From assembly GCF_028288105.1 (NCBI RefSeq), contig NZ_JAQBOI010000090.1:119-64118 (forward strand): DNA of 64,000 nucleotides. Reading direction: 5' to 3'. The DNA comes from Mucilaginibacter sp. (lineage in GTDB: Bacteria > Bacteroidota > Bacteroidia > Sphingobacteriales > Sphingobacteriaceae). The stretch's first letter is position 1. Each line of letters starts with the position of its first letter. A program made the translations under genes and the position numbers. Below are positions 48,477-57,720 of this stretch, piece after piece. The notes beneath the pieces are model-generated. The model saw nothing but the letters and a program-made list of their open reading frames with translations. It had not been told where the DNA came from and ran no database searches.

Positions 48477-51400
48477 ATGAAAAAACAAATACTATTGATT
48501 TGCTTCATGCTCTTTGTTGCAAAAAGTTTCGCCCAAAATATCACCATTGGCGGTGTGGTTTTGGATGCGGAAACCAAGGTGCCTGTTTCATCGGCTAATA
48601 TCGGTGTAAAAGGTACAAGCCAGGGTACTACAACAAACATGGAAGGTAAATATTCCCTTGCCAATGTAAAGCCAAACGCCGTTTTGGTTTTTTCTTTTGT
48701 GGGATATAAGCCGGAGGAAATTACACTTAATGGGCAAACACAATTAAATGTAACCCTAACCCCCGACTATGGTAATCTTAACGAGGTGGTAGTTGTGGGT
48801 TTTGGTGCTAAGAAAAAAATAAACATTGCAGGCGCTATCGATCAAATTTCGGGGAAACAGCTCGAATCCCGCCCGGTATCAAACGTATTGCAGGGCTTGC
48901 AGGGCGCCAGCCCGGGCCTGAATATTACCTATCCCGGTGGTGCACCAGGTACGGTTCCTGTAATTAACATCAGAGGCTTTACATCTATTAACGGAGGGTC
49001 GCCATTAATTGTAATTGATGGTATCCCCGGAACTAACGATGATATGTTGCGGTTAACCCCTTCAGATATTTCATCTTTCACGGTATTGCGTGATGCGGCA
49101 TCGGCTGCTATTTACGGGGCAAGGGCTGCTTTTGGGGTTATCCTTATCACAACTAAGCAAGGTTCTATAGGGCATCAAACCATCAGCTACAATGCGCTTG
49201 CCTCATGGGGTAAAACTACCATATTACCGCAGCCAATAACCGATCCCTTTATCTATTCAAAAGTGCTCGAAACCTCTACAAATAATACCCCGTGGGATTA
49301 TGTAAATTATAGTGATGAATGGTACAAATGGGCTAAAGAAAGATCAGATGATCCGTCTATCGCTGATACACGGTTAGATCCGGCCGATCCAACCAAATGG
49401 GCGTACATGGGTAACAACAACTGGTATAAATATTTTTTTAATGATGCCAGCTTATCACAAAACCAAACACTAACGCTTTCGGGCGGGGCTACAGTAAATA
49501 ATACACCTTTAACCTATTATCTATCTGCAAATTATACCAAAGAAAACGGCCTCAATAAACTTTCAGATGATTTCTGGAACCGTTATGGCCTGAGGTCGAG
49601 GATTGGGTTTTCGCCTTTAAAATGGCTTAAAGTAGATAATAACCTTAATATCTACGAAACTAAACGCGCGCAGCCAACCACTAATATCACAGATATTTAT
49701 TACCTGCAACCAACAGATGTAGCTAAAAACCCGGATGGCACCTGGGCCAATACGGCAGCCGGCAGGCTTGCAGCGAGGTTGGTTGATGGCGGGAGTAACC
49801 TCCAAACCATGTTTGGGTTTCAAAATATTACCAGCGCCACCGCCTCATTTTTAAATGGAGATTTAACTGTAAATGGCGATGCTTCATTAAAAAGAGAATT
49901 GTGGAAGTATCATGCTGATGCCAATACATATAATATTGGATTTGGGCCGGATGATATACGGCAGGAAGGTGGTACAGGATCTGTAACCGAAAATAATGGC
50001 TACCTGTATAACAATGCGTTCAATTTATATACCACCTATAAGAAAACCCTTGGCGACCACTTTTTTAGCGCCATGGTTGGTTATAACTCTGAAGATTACA
50101 GCTATTCAACCATCAATGCATCAAAAGATGGGCTTATCTCACCTTCCCTACCTTATTTGGGGTTAACCAATGGTACGCCTTCGGTGGGCGCAAGTTATTC
50201 GGCGTATGCTACTACCAGCGTGTTTAGCCGGTTAAATTATACTTATAAAGGCAGGTATATATTAGAGGGCACCGGCAGGTATGATGGTTCTTCCCGCTTC
50301 CCCACAGAAAGGCGCTGGGGCTTTTTCCCGTCTGCATCTGCAGCCTGGATAGCAAGTGCCGAAGACTTTTTTAAACCACTGGCCCCTGTGGTATCTACAT
50401 TTAAATTACGCGCATCATATGGCGACCTTGGGAACCAGGAAGTTCAAAACTTTGGCTATATACAATCATTGGTGCCGGGTGCTTCGAACTATTTAATAGG
50501 CGGCAATAGCCAAAGTCCGATCATTAATGGTGCCCCGGGGTTATTTGTTGATCCAAATACTTATACCTGGGAGAGGGCATCTACCTTTAATATGGGTACA
50601 GATATTGGCCTTTTTAACGATAAATTTCTGGTAGGGTTTGATTATTATATCCGCAATACCAGGGGGATGCTTACAGCAGGGCAGGAATTGCCTGGCGTGC
50701 TTGGAACTATTGCTCCGGCACAAAATGCGGCAGATCTAAGAACCAAAGGCTGGGAATTATCTGTAACGTACCAGGACAGGTTCACTTTAGCATCTAAGCC
50801 TTTTAATTTCACATCAAAGATATTCCTTTCTAACTCCGATTCGGAGATCACCAAATTCCAGAACGATCAGGGGCTTTTTTCAAGCAATTATCGCGTAGGC
50901 CAAAAAATTGGAGAGATATGGGGATTGCAAAATGATGGTTTATTCCAGAACCAGGCCGAAATAGATAAGCTTGATGAATCGGCTATTATACCATGGGGCG
51001 CTTTAAGCATTGTTAATGGATGGCCAAAATACAAAGATCTGGATGGCAATGGTAAAATTGAAGCAGGGTTAAGTTCAAAGGATCCAAAAGACTTAAAAGT
51101 TATTGGTAATAGTGCCGATCATTATAGTATCGGGACTAATATAAATATGGATTGGAATGGAATTGATCTTTCGATATTCTTGCAAGGGGTATTAAAAAGA
51201 GATTTTTACCCACATAATTATTTGTTCTGGGGGCCGTATCAGCAACCTTACGCTAATATATACCCGTGGAACCTTAATTACTACCGTGCCACCTCTGATT
51301 CGCCAGAGCAAAGGGCTCAGTATTCCAAATCTTATATCGCAGCAGGCTTGGCCGATGCAAATCCTAACTCCTATTACCCTGTATTGCAGTCATGGCTGGC

Positions 51401-51683
51401 CGATGCCAATTATGGTTCGGGATTAGATATTCCTCAAACAAAGTACCTTTTAAATGGCGCTTATTTAAGAATTAAGAACGTTTCGGTAGGTTATACATTC
51501 CCTTCTAAAATGAGCAAGCGTTTCGGCATAAGCCGCCTGCGGATCTTTGCAACCGGCGATAACCTTTATGAATTCTCGGCTATAAAGAAATATATAGACC
51601 CCGAAGCCGTAAATGCAGGTGCAAGCGCCATGGCGTATCCATATCAGCGTAAATATGCACTTGGCATAAACTTAGATTTTTAA
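48477..51683 (+). CDS. susC: SusC/RagA TonB-dependent transporter
   Basis: LNEVVVVGFG, DAASAAIYGARAAFGVILITTK, C-terminal Phe. Confidence 0.95.
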   Translation: MKKQILLICFMLFVAKSFAQNITIGGVVLDAETKVPVSSANIGVKGTSQGTTTNMEGKYSLANVKPNAVLVFSFVGYKPEEITLNGQTQLNVTLTPDYGNLNEVVVVGFGAKKKINIAGAIDQISGKQLESRPVSNVLQGLQGASPGLNITYPGGAPGTVPVINIRGFTSINGGSPLIVIDGIPGTNDDMLRLTPSDISSFTVLRDAASAAIYGARAAFGVILITTKQGSIGHQTISYNALASWGKTTILPQPITDPFIYSKVLETSTNNTPWDYVNYSDEWYKWAKERSDDPSIADTRLDPADPTKWAYMGNNNWYKYFFNDASLSQNQTLTLSGGATVNNTPLTYYLSANYTKENGLNKLSDDFWNRYGLRSRIGFSPLKWLKVDNNLNIYETKRAQPTTNITDIYYLQPTDVAKNPDGTWANTAAGRLAARLVDGGSNLQTMFGFQNITSATASFLNGDLTVNGDASLKRELWKYHADANTYNIGFGPDDIRQEGGTGSVTENNGYLYNNAFNLYTTYKKTLGDHFFSAMVGYNSEDYSYSTINASKDGLISPSLPYLGLTNGTPSVGASYSAYATTSVFSRLNYTYKGRYILEGTGRYDGSSRFPTERRWGFFPSASAAWIASAEDFFKPLAPVVSTFKLRASYGDLGNQEVQNFGYIQSLVPGASNYLIGGNSQSPIINGAPGLFVDPNTYTWERASTFNMGTDIGLFNDKFLVGFDYYIRNTRGMLTAGQELPGVLGTIAPAQNAADLRTKGWELSVTYQDRFTLASKPFNFTSKIFLSNSDSEITKFQNDQGLFSSNYRVGQKIGEIWGLQNDGLFQNQAEIDKLDESAIIPWGALSIVNGWPKYKDLDGNGKIEAGLSSKDPKDLKVIGNSADHYSIGTNINMDWNGIDLSIFLQGVLKRDFYPHNYLFWGPYQQPYANIYPWNLNYYRATSDSPEQRAQYSKSYIAAGLADANPNSYYPVLQSWLADANYGSGLDIPQTKYLLNGAYLRIKNVSVGYTFPSKMSKRFGISRLRIFATGDNLYEFSAIKKYIDPEAVNAGASAMAYPYQRKYALGINLDF

Positions 51684-51719
51684 TTATTAAGCGATTTAAC
51701 AATCATTAAAAAATTAGTT

Positions 51720-53516
51720 ATGAAGAAATATACTATATATATCCTATTTATTGCGGTTGCATTTACTGCCTGCAAAAAAGACGCCCTCGACCGTTTCCCG
51801 CAAACGGCTATCTCGCCAAATCTTTTCTTTAATACAGAAAGTGACCTATCGTTATACGTTAATGGTTTGCTTTCACTGCCCGACAGGAATACCTACCTGA
51901 ACGATCAAAGCAGTGATAACGTTGCAACTACCGCTAACGTAGAAGTGAAAAATGTGATGGCAGGCAGTGCCAACTCACAAAATATTACCTCAGGCTGGGA
52001 TGCGGCCAGTTGGAGCAAATTACGTGACATCAATTACTTTTTAGAAAATTATAATAAAGCCAAAGTAACGGCCGAGATAAAAAATCATTATGTAGGGCTG
52101 GCTAAATATTACCGGGCAGTATTTTACCTTGATAAAGTTAAACGCTTTTCGGATGTACCCTGGTTTTCGGGCACTTTAAACCCTGGTGATAAAGATCTAT
52201 ATAAGGGCCGCGACCCAAGGGCGCTGGTTATAGATAGCGTGATGGCCGATCTGGATTTTGCTTATCAGCATGTACGGGAAGATGTCCCTACGGGTACACC
52301 TGGAAAATGGGCGGTGGCTGTATTTTATAGCCGTGCCGCGCTTTACGAGGGCACTTATCGTAAGTATCATTCAGAACTAAATTTAGCAGGTACTGCAAAT
52401 AGTTTTCTTGAAACCGCTGTTAAAATAGCCGGCGACATAATGGGTTCAGGGAAATTTACTATTTATAACACCGGAAAACCCGATCAGGATTATGCTGCTT
52501 TGTTTAACAGCCAGGACCTTACCGGGAATGAGGAAGTTGTTTTGGCTAATATTTTTGATTTGAGTAAGAATAGAAGCCAGAATGTGAATTCGGTAGTTTT
52601 TGGCGATTACGAACAGGCTCCGGCTAAAGATCTGATGCAAAGCTACCTGATGAAAGACGGCAGCCGTTTTACAGATCAGCCAAACTATACTAAACTTGGC
52701 TTTGTAAAAGAATTTGAAAACCGCGACCCACGGCTTGCTCAAACAGTAGCCTACCCGGGATGGGTTAGAAGTCCTGATAAACAACCTTACATCCAAAGTT
52801 TAAACAAAAATTTTACAGGCTATCACCAACTAAAAGGATACGTGAACAGCACTGAGGAAGCTACTTTAAATGGTGTTGATTTCCCGGTATACCGATATGC
52901 GGAAGTGCTGTTGAACTACGCCGAAGCATTGGCCGAACTGGGTACACTAACGCAACAACAACTTGATGCATCGGTGAACCTGATCAGAAAAAGGGCTGGC
53001 ATGCCTGATCTTAATATAGCGCAGGCAAATGCATCCCCGGATGTATTGTTGCAGCAACAATTTGGCAATATCGGTTCAAACGCCGGTGTGATCATTGAGA
53101 TAAGAAGAGAGCGCAGGGTTGAATTTGCATTTGAAAACACCAGGTATGATGACCTGATGAGATGGAAAGCCGGGAAATTATTAACCAAAAGCCCGGAAGG
53201 AATGTATTTCGCAGGTTTAGGGAAATATGATCTGACCGGTGATGGGGTAGAAGACATTATTTTGATCGACGGATCCTTAAGCATCCCGGCCGAAGATAAA
53301 AAGGAAAAGAACTCGTTAGGGGTAAAGTTGGTTTACTACCGCACAGGTACAATTGGTTCTGATGCTACCGTGTATTTGAAAAATGTTAATACCGGTAGTA
53401 ACATGGTAACCGAATCGGCAGTGCGCGATTTTCAGGAGCCTAAATATTATTACCGCCCTATACCACAACAGCAGGTAATATTAAACCCAAATCTTAAACA
53501 AATATTCGGCTGGTAA
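51720..53516 (+). CDS. susD: SusD/RagB lipoprotein
   Basis: Lipobox FTAC, RYAEVLLNYAEA, ERRVEFAFE. Confidence 0.95.
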   Translation: MKKYTIYILFIAVAFTACKKDALDRFPQTAISPNLFFNTESDLSLYVNGLLSLPDRNTYLNDQSSDNVATTANVEVKNVMAGSANSQNITSGWDAASWSKLRDINYFLENYNKAKVTAEIKNHYVGLAKYYRAVFYLDKVKRFSDVPWFSGTLNPGDKDLYKGRDPRALVIDSVMADLDFAYQHVREDVPTGTPGKWAVAVFYSRAALYEGTYRKYHSELNLAGTANSFLETAVKIAGDIMGSGKFTIYNTGKPDQDYAALFNSQDLTGNEEVVLANIFDLSKNRSQNVNSVVFGDYEQAPAKDLMQSYLMKDGSRFTDQPNYTKLGFVKEFENRDPRLAQTVAYPGWVRSPDKQPYIQSLNKNFTGYHQLKGYVNSTEEATLNGVDFPVYRYAEVLLNYAEALAELGTLTQQQLDASVNLIRKRAGMPDLNIAQANASPDVLLQQQFGNIGSNAGVIIEIRRERRVEFAFENTRYDDLMRWKAGKLLTKSPEGMYFAGLGKYDLTGDGVEDIILIDGSLSIPAEDKKEKNSLGVKLVYYRTGTIGSDATVYLKNVNTGSNMVTESAVRDFQEPKYYYRPIPQQQVILNPNLKQIFGW

Positions 53517-53538
53517 AAGGCACTACGCTTTATATTTT

Positions 53539-54477
53539 ATGATACAGAATAAAATGATGAATTTAAAAAGAAGATCTTTATTAAAGGCAGCAGGCTTAGC
53601 CACCGGTATAATAGTAACCAGCGGGCTGCCTGCCCTGGCTTCCGTTAGTGGTAATGAAGAAAAAAAAGGTAAAAAATTAGCCCTTACCGTAGCGCATATT
53701 ACCGATGTGCATATCAGTGATGGCCAAAACGCACCAGAAAGGTTTAAAAAATGCCTTAGGGAGATCATAACTAAGCGCAAGCCCGATTTTTTCCTGAACG
53801 GAGGTGATTCTATTAATGATGCATCTTATGATAATGTAATACGCGACCAGGTTACAAAGCAATGGAAGGTTTGGGATGATTGCATGACCTTGCTTGACAA
53901 ATATGAGGTGCATAGCTGTATTGGTAATCACGATTCATGGTGGAAAGCACCTTCAAAAGAGGATGAAATGTATGGGAAAGAATATGCGGTTAAACGATTG
54001 AAAATTCCGAACCGGTACTATAGCTTCACCAAAAAGAATTGGCATTTTATTGTGCTTGATGGAAATAACAGCAAAATTTCCCTGGATGAAGAGCAGTTTA
54101 CCTGGCTACAGGCCGAATTGGAAAAGATCCCTGCATCTGCGCCTACATTGCTCATGTCACATTATCCTATCCTGGGTACTACACAGGTGCTGGTAGGCGG
54201 TGGCCATTCAGATTGCAAAAAGTTAAAAGATCTGTTTTACAAGCACCGCGATAAGGTAAGGGTGTGTTTAAGTGGCCATAACCATTTATCTGACCAAACG
54301 CATTATAACGATGTTTTATATTGCTGCAATGGGGCTATGAGTGGTTTTTGGTGGGGCAAAGGCGATAAGGAATCAGCTGGTCCGGGTTATTATCTGGAAA
54401 CCCCGCCGGGTTATGCAATGCTTAATTTGTATGAAGACGGAAGTGTTGAAAACGAATATTTCCCGCATTCTTATTAA
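53539..54477 (+). CDS. Tat-exported calcineurin-like metallophosphoesterase
   Basis: KRRSLLK Tat signal; DVH, GGD, GNHD, SH, GHNH motifs. Confidence 0.9.
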   Translation: MIQNKMMNLKRRSLLKAAGLATGIIVTSGLPALASVSGNEEKKGKKLALTVAHITDVHISDGQNAPERFKKCLREIITKRKPDFFLNGGDSINDASYDNVIRDQVTKQWKVWDDCMTLLDKYEVHSCIGNHDSWWKAPSKEDEMYGKEYAVKRLKIPNRYYSFTKKNWHFIVLDGNNSKISLDEEQFTWLQAELEKIPASAPTLLMSHYPILGTTQVLVGGGHSDCKKLKDLFYKHRDKVRVCLSGHNHLSDQTHYNDVLYCCNGAMSGFWWGKGDKESAGPGYYLETPPGYAMLNLYEDGSVENEYFPHSY

Positions 54478-54709
54478 GAAGCGGGAAATATCCATTTATT
54501 ACTCATCAGCACTCAAAACAAAACCCCGCACGTCCGCGGGGCTTTTTTGTTTATATGATTTATACGGGTATCAGATAATTCAAAAAATATTTAACACTCA
54601 CAATTGTCCTTTCCAGCTTGCAATTTGCCTGCTTCACTCAGAAACTGCTCAAAGTTTCAACCGGTAAATATCAAATTTGGTCTTAAGAAAACACTTAAAC
54701 TAAAAGATC

Positions 54710-55108
54710 ATGACATTAAAAAATGCAAAACGAATTTATTGGACAGGCACTGTATTAACCTCCTTATGGTTTGGTGCAAGTGGATTTTTTGAACTGACCA
54801 GGAATCCAATTGTTTGGAACATCACCTTACAATTAGGTTACCCCGCCTACTTTATTTATGTGCTGGGTATCGCCAAACTATCAGGGATCATCGTTCTTTT
54901 AATTCCCGGCAAACTGTTGCGGTTAAAAGAATGGGTATTTGCAGGAGTATTTTTCGATATCATCTTTGCCTTTGCCTCCAAACTGAGTGTAGTTGGCCCT
55001 TTAGGTACTGTCGATGCCATTATTGCGTTCCTGATGGTAAGTATAACTTACCTTATGTTTCGGAAAATATACCGGGCGACCTATCTTAATCCTTCGGCTG
55101 GCATATAA
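54710..55108 (+). CDS. DoxX-like membrane protein
   Basis: LGYPAYF..LGIAK, LKEWVFAG. Confidence 0.85.
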   Translation: MTLKNAKRIYWTGTVLTSLWFGASGFFELTRNPIVWNITLQLGYPAYFIYVLGIAKLSGIIVLLIPGKLLRLKEWVFAGVFFDIIFAFASKLSVVGPLGTVDAIIAFLMVSITYLMFRKIYRATYLNPSAGI

Positions 55109-55207
55109 CAACGCGATTATGCAGTTGGGCGGATGAATCGATTCGAAAAACACCGCAACTTAGTATAAAGCCCCGCACATCTGTGGGGCTTTATGCCAGG
55201 TATGGAT

Positions 55208-55510
55208 TTATAATTTATCCCCTTTTATTAGCACTACTGATTCTATTGACTGTTCTTTAAGGTGAATGAATCTTTTTCTGTCCTCGTCATTCATGAAATT
55301 TTCAAGATCCTGTTCACTTGTAAATTTAACCAGGTGAATTTCATAGGGTTGTTCAACACTGCTTTCAATAATAGCTTTCTCATCCGGCCTTACCCTAAGA
55401 AGCAGTTGCCCGTTATATTTCGAAATAATAGGAATAGCAATATCCTCAAATTGGTGGAAAATTGCTTCTTGCCCCTCCCTGATGTAAATAAGTTGTGTTA
55501 TGTATAGCAT
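55208..55510 (-). CDS. DUF1330-like dimeric alpha/beta barrel protein
   Basis: KYNGQLLLR, EIHLVKF. Confidence 0.7.
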   Translation of the reverse strand: MLYITQLIYIREGQEAIFHQFEDIAIPIISKYNGQLLLRVRPDEKAIIESSVEQPYEIHLVKFTSEQDLENFMNDEDRKRFIHLKEQSIESVVLIKGDKL

Positions 55511-55597
55511 AATAATTAAAGATTATTCTTTTATCAATATAAAGCTATGAAAACAAAAGGATTAGGCTTATAAACTATATAAAAGAATAAATGCTAA

Positions 55598-56212
55598 GTG
55601 CGGGATTTAAGTGTACCTTACATCAATTTGGAAATCATCTTCAACGAACTCATTGATAGTTATCTGGCTACCAATGTAGGTACAGTTAAAAACTTTCTTA
55701 GTCAGGCGTTATCTGCACATTTAGTAAACAACATCAGCGCGCTTTATGCGGGCGATAAGCTACTTGCCGCCGGCACTGGGAACAAGCAACTGGTAAACCA
55801 CGATAAACTGATACGCAGTGATAAAATTTACTGGCTCGACCGCATACATAACGATGTTTATGAAAACGATTTTTTTGATTTAATGGATCGCTTTGTTAGC
55901 CACCTCAATAGCAGCTGTTATGCGGGTATTACAGGTTATGAGTTTCATTATACGCTTTACGAAAAAGGAAGTTTTTACAAACGCCATATAGACAATTTTA
56001 AGCAGAACGGTACAAGGGCGTTCTCTATGGTCATTTATCTAAACACTGAGGTTGACGGCGGGGCCTTGCGCATCTACCATGGAAATGGATCGCAGGATAT
56101 TACACCAAATGCCGGTAAAAGTGTGTTTTTTAAAAGTACCGAACTGGAACATGAAGTTTTGGTTACCCAGTTGCCACGAATGAGTATTACAGGGTGGCTA
56201 AAAGTTGGTTAA
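55598..56212 (+). CDS. 2OG-Fe(II) oxygenase (SM-20/prolyl hydroxylase-like)
   Basis: RSDKIYW, YKRHID, HEVL, RMSITGW; start uncertain. Confidence 0.85.
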   Translation: MRDLSVPYINLEIIFNELIDSYLATNVGTVKNFLSQALSAHLVNNISALYAGDKLLAAGTGNKQLVNHDKLIRSDKIYWLDRIHNDVYENDFFDLMDRFVSHLNSSCYAGITGYEFHYTLYEKGSFYKRHIDNFKQNGTRAFSMVIYLNTEVDGGALRIYHGNGSQDITPNAGKSVFFKSTELEHEVLVTQLPRMSITGWLKVG

Positions 56213-56267
56213 CCCCGGGTAATAATTATGAAAAACGGCCATGCATTTCTGCATGGCCGATAAAAAG

Positions 56268-57716
56268 TTAATTAACATCAAACCAGAGTTTGGTTGTCAG
56301 CGCATCGGCGCCCTGACTGGCTACCGCAGCATTATAACTCGCTCCGTTTAACGATTGCTCCGTTCCCGGATAAATGAACCTGACTGGAATTTTCCCCCCA
56401 AGTGTACCTGCAACAGCCGGCTGTAGCTGCGGGTAATCCAGCCTCCGCCATTCAGCAAAAGCTTCCAGTCCCTGGCCAAACAGCGCTATCCATTTCTGGT
56501 CGCCGATAGATTTTTTGTAGTTTGACGGATCGTACTGCACAGCGGGTGATGCCAGGTAAGTGTTAACCGTGGCATCGGTAATTCCATACTGTTTTAACGA
56601 AGCCCCAATTGCCTGTTTGTATAAATCTGCCGCGTCTTCAGCGGTAAAGCCGCGTGCGGCAGCCTCCGCTCTGTCAAACAATACTTCGGCATAACTGATG
56701 ATCACAGCGGGAGCGTTGGGCGCTAAAAAGTATGTGCCCGGTTTAGAGGTTTTTGTAAAGCCATAAGCACTCGCATCCCCTACTAACAAACCATTAGGTA
56801 ACCCTACATAAGTTTTAGGGGTTGCATCTTTAGTGGGGCTGGCGTATATAGGTAAGCGGGGGTCATTAAGCTCAAATAATTTATCTACTATTGTTTTGCT
56901 GATACGGTAATCATCCCTGGTATCAAACAAGTTGCTTATTGGGTTTTGATTAGGGGATGTGGAATATACCAGCTGGGCAATCTCGCTATTATCGCTGATG
57001 TAACCACTTCCTTCTGCCTGTATATCTGCTAAAACCTGTTTTGATTTTTCAGGTTCGCGGTCGGCTATTCGTAAAGCAATACGTAAACGTAAAGAGTTGG
57101 CAAATTTTTTCCATAAGCCAATACCATTAGCTTTACCACCATAAATAATGTCGCCGCCAATTGCGGGGCCTGACGTATTTAAAGATGCCTGTGCAGATTT
57201 CAGATCCTCTAATAAAGCAAAGTATACGTCTTTTTGTTTATCATAAGCTGGTGTAAGGTATTCTTTAATGTTTGTTGCCTGTGTATACGGAATATCGCCG
57301 TAAGCATCTGTTAATAAAGTAAAAACCCATGATCGTAATACCAGTGCCACACCTTTATAATTGGGGTTTGATTGTTCATCGGCTAACTTAATTAATTGAT
57401 TAAGATTAATTATTCCCTTCGTATAAGCTGTATTCCATAGGTCCTGAAAGGAAGTATTTGTATATATATATCTGTCAGGATCGGTATACTGTATTTTAGA
57501 CCAGTTTTGCACAAACAGTAAACTCGCATCCATATTATTAGATGTTCCCCAATAAGTATCGGCAATGTTTTTTGTTATGCCTGTTAACAGGTAATCTGGC
57601 TGGGCGGTTTCTGATGCATTTGGATTTCGGTTGATCTCTTCCAGATTTTTTTTGCAGGCTGTTACAGATAGTAGTAATGCGCCGGACAATATGATAGTTG
57701 AATATTTAAATTTCAT
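56268..57716 (-). CDS. susD: SusD-like lipoprotein
   Basis: Lipobox VTAC, YGDIPY, QKWIA, EWRR; ATG at 57716. Confidence 0.92.
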   Translation of the reverse strand: MKFKYSTIILSGALLLSVTACKKNLEEINRNPNASETAQPDYLLTGITKNIADTYWGTSNNMDASLLFVQNWSKIQYTDPDRYIYTNTSFQDLWNTAYTKGIINLNQLIKLADEQSNPNYKGVALVLRSWVFTLLTDAYGDIPYTQATNIKEYLTPAYDKQKDVYFALLEDLKSAQASLNTSGPAIGGDIIYGGKANGIGLWKKFANSLRLRIALRIADREPEKSKQVLADIQAEGSGYISDNSEIAQLVYSTSPNQNPISNLFDTRDDYRISKTIVDKLFELNDPRLPIYASPTKDATPKTYVGLPNGLLVGDASAYGFTKTSKPGTYFLAPNAPAVIISYAEVLFDRAEAAARGFTAEDAADLYKQAIGASLKQYGITDATVNTYLASPAVQYDPSNYKKSIGDQKWIALFGQGLEAFAEWRRLDYPQLQPAVAGTLGGKIPVRFIYPGTEQSLNGASYNAAVASQGADALTTKLWFDVN

Positions 57717-57720
57717 GATT

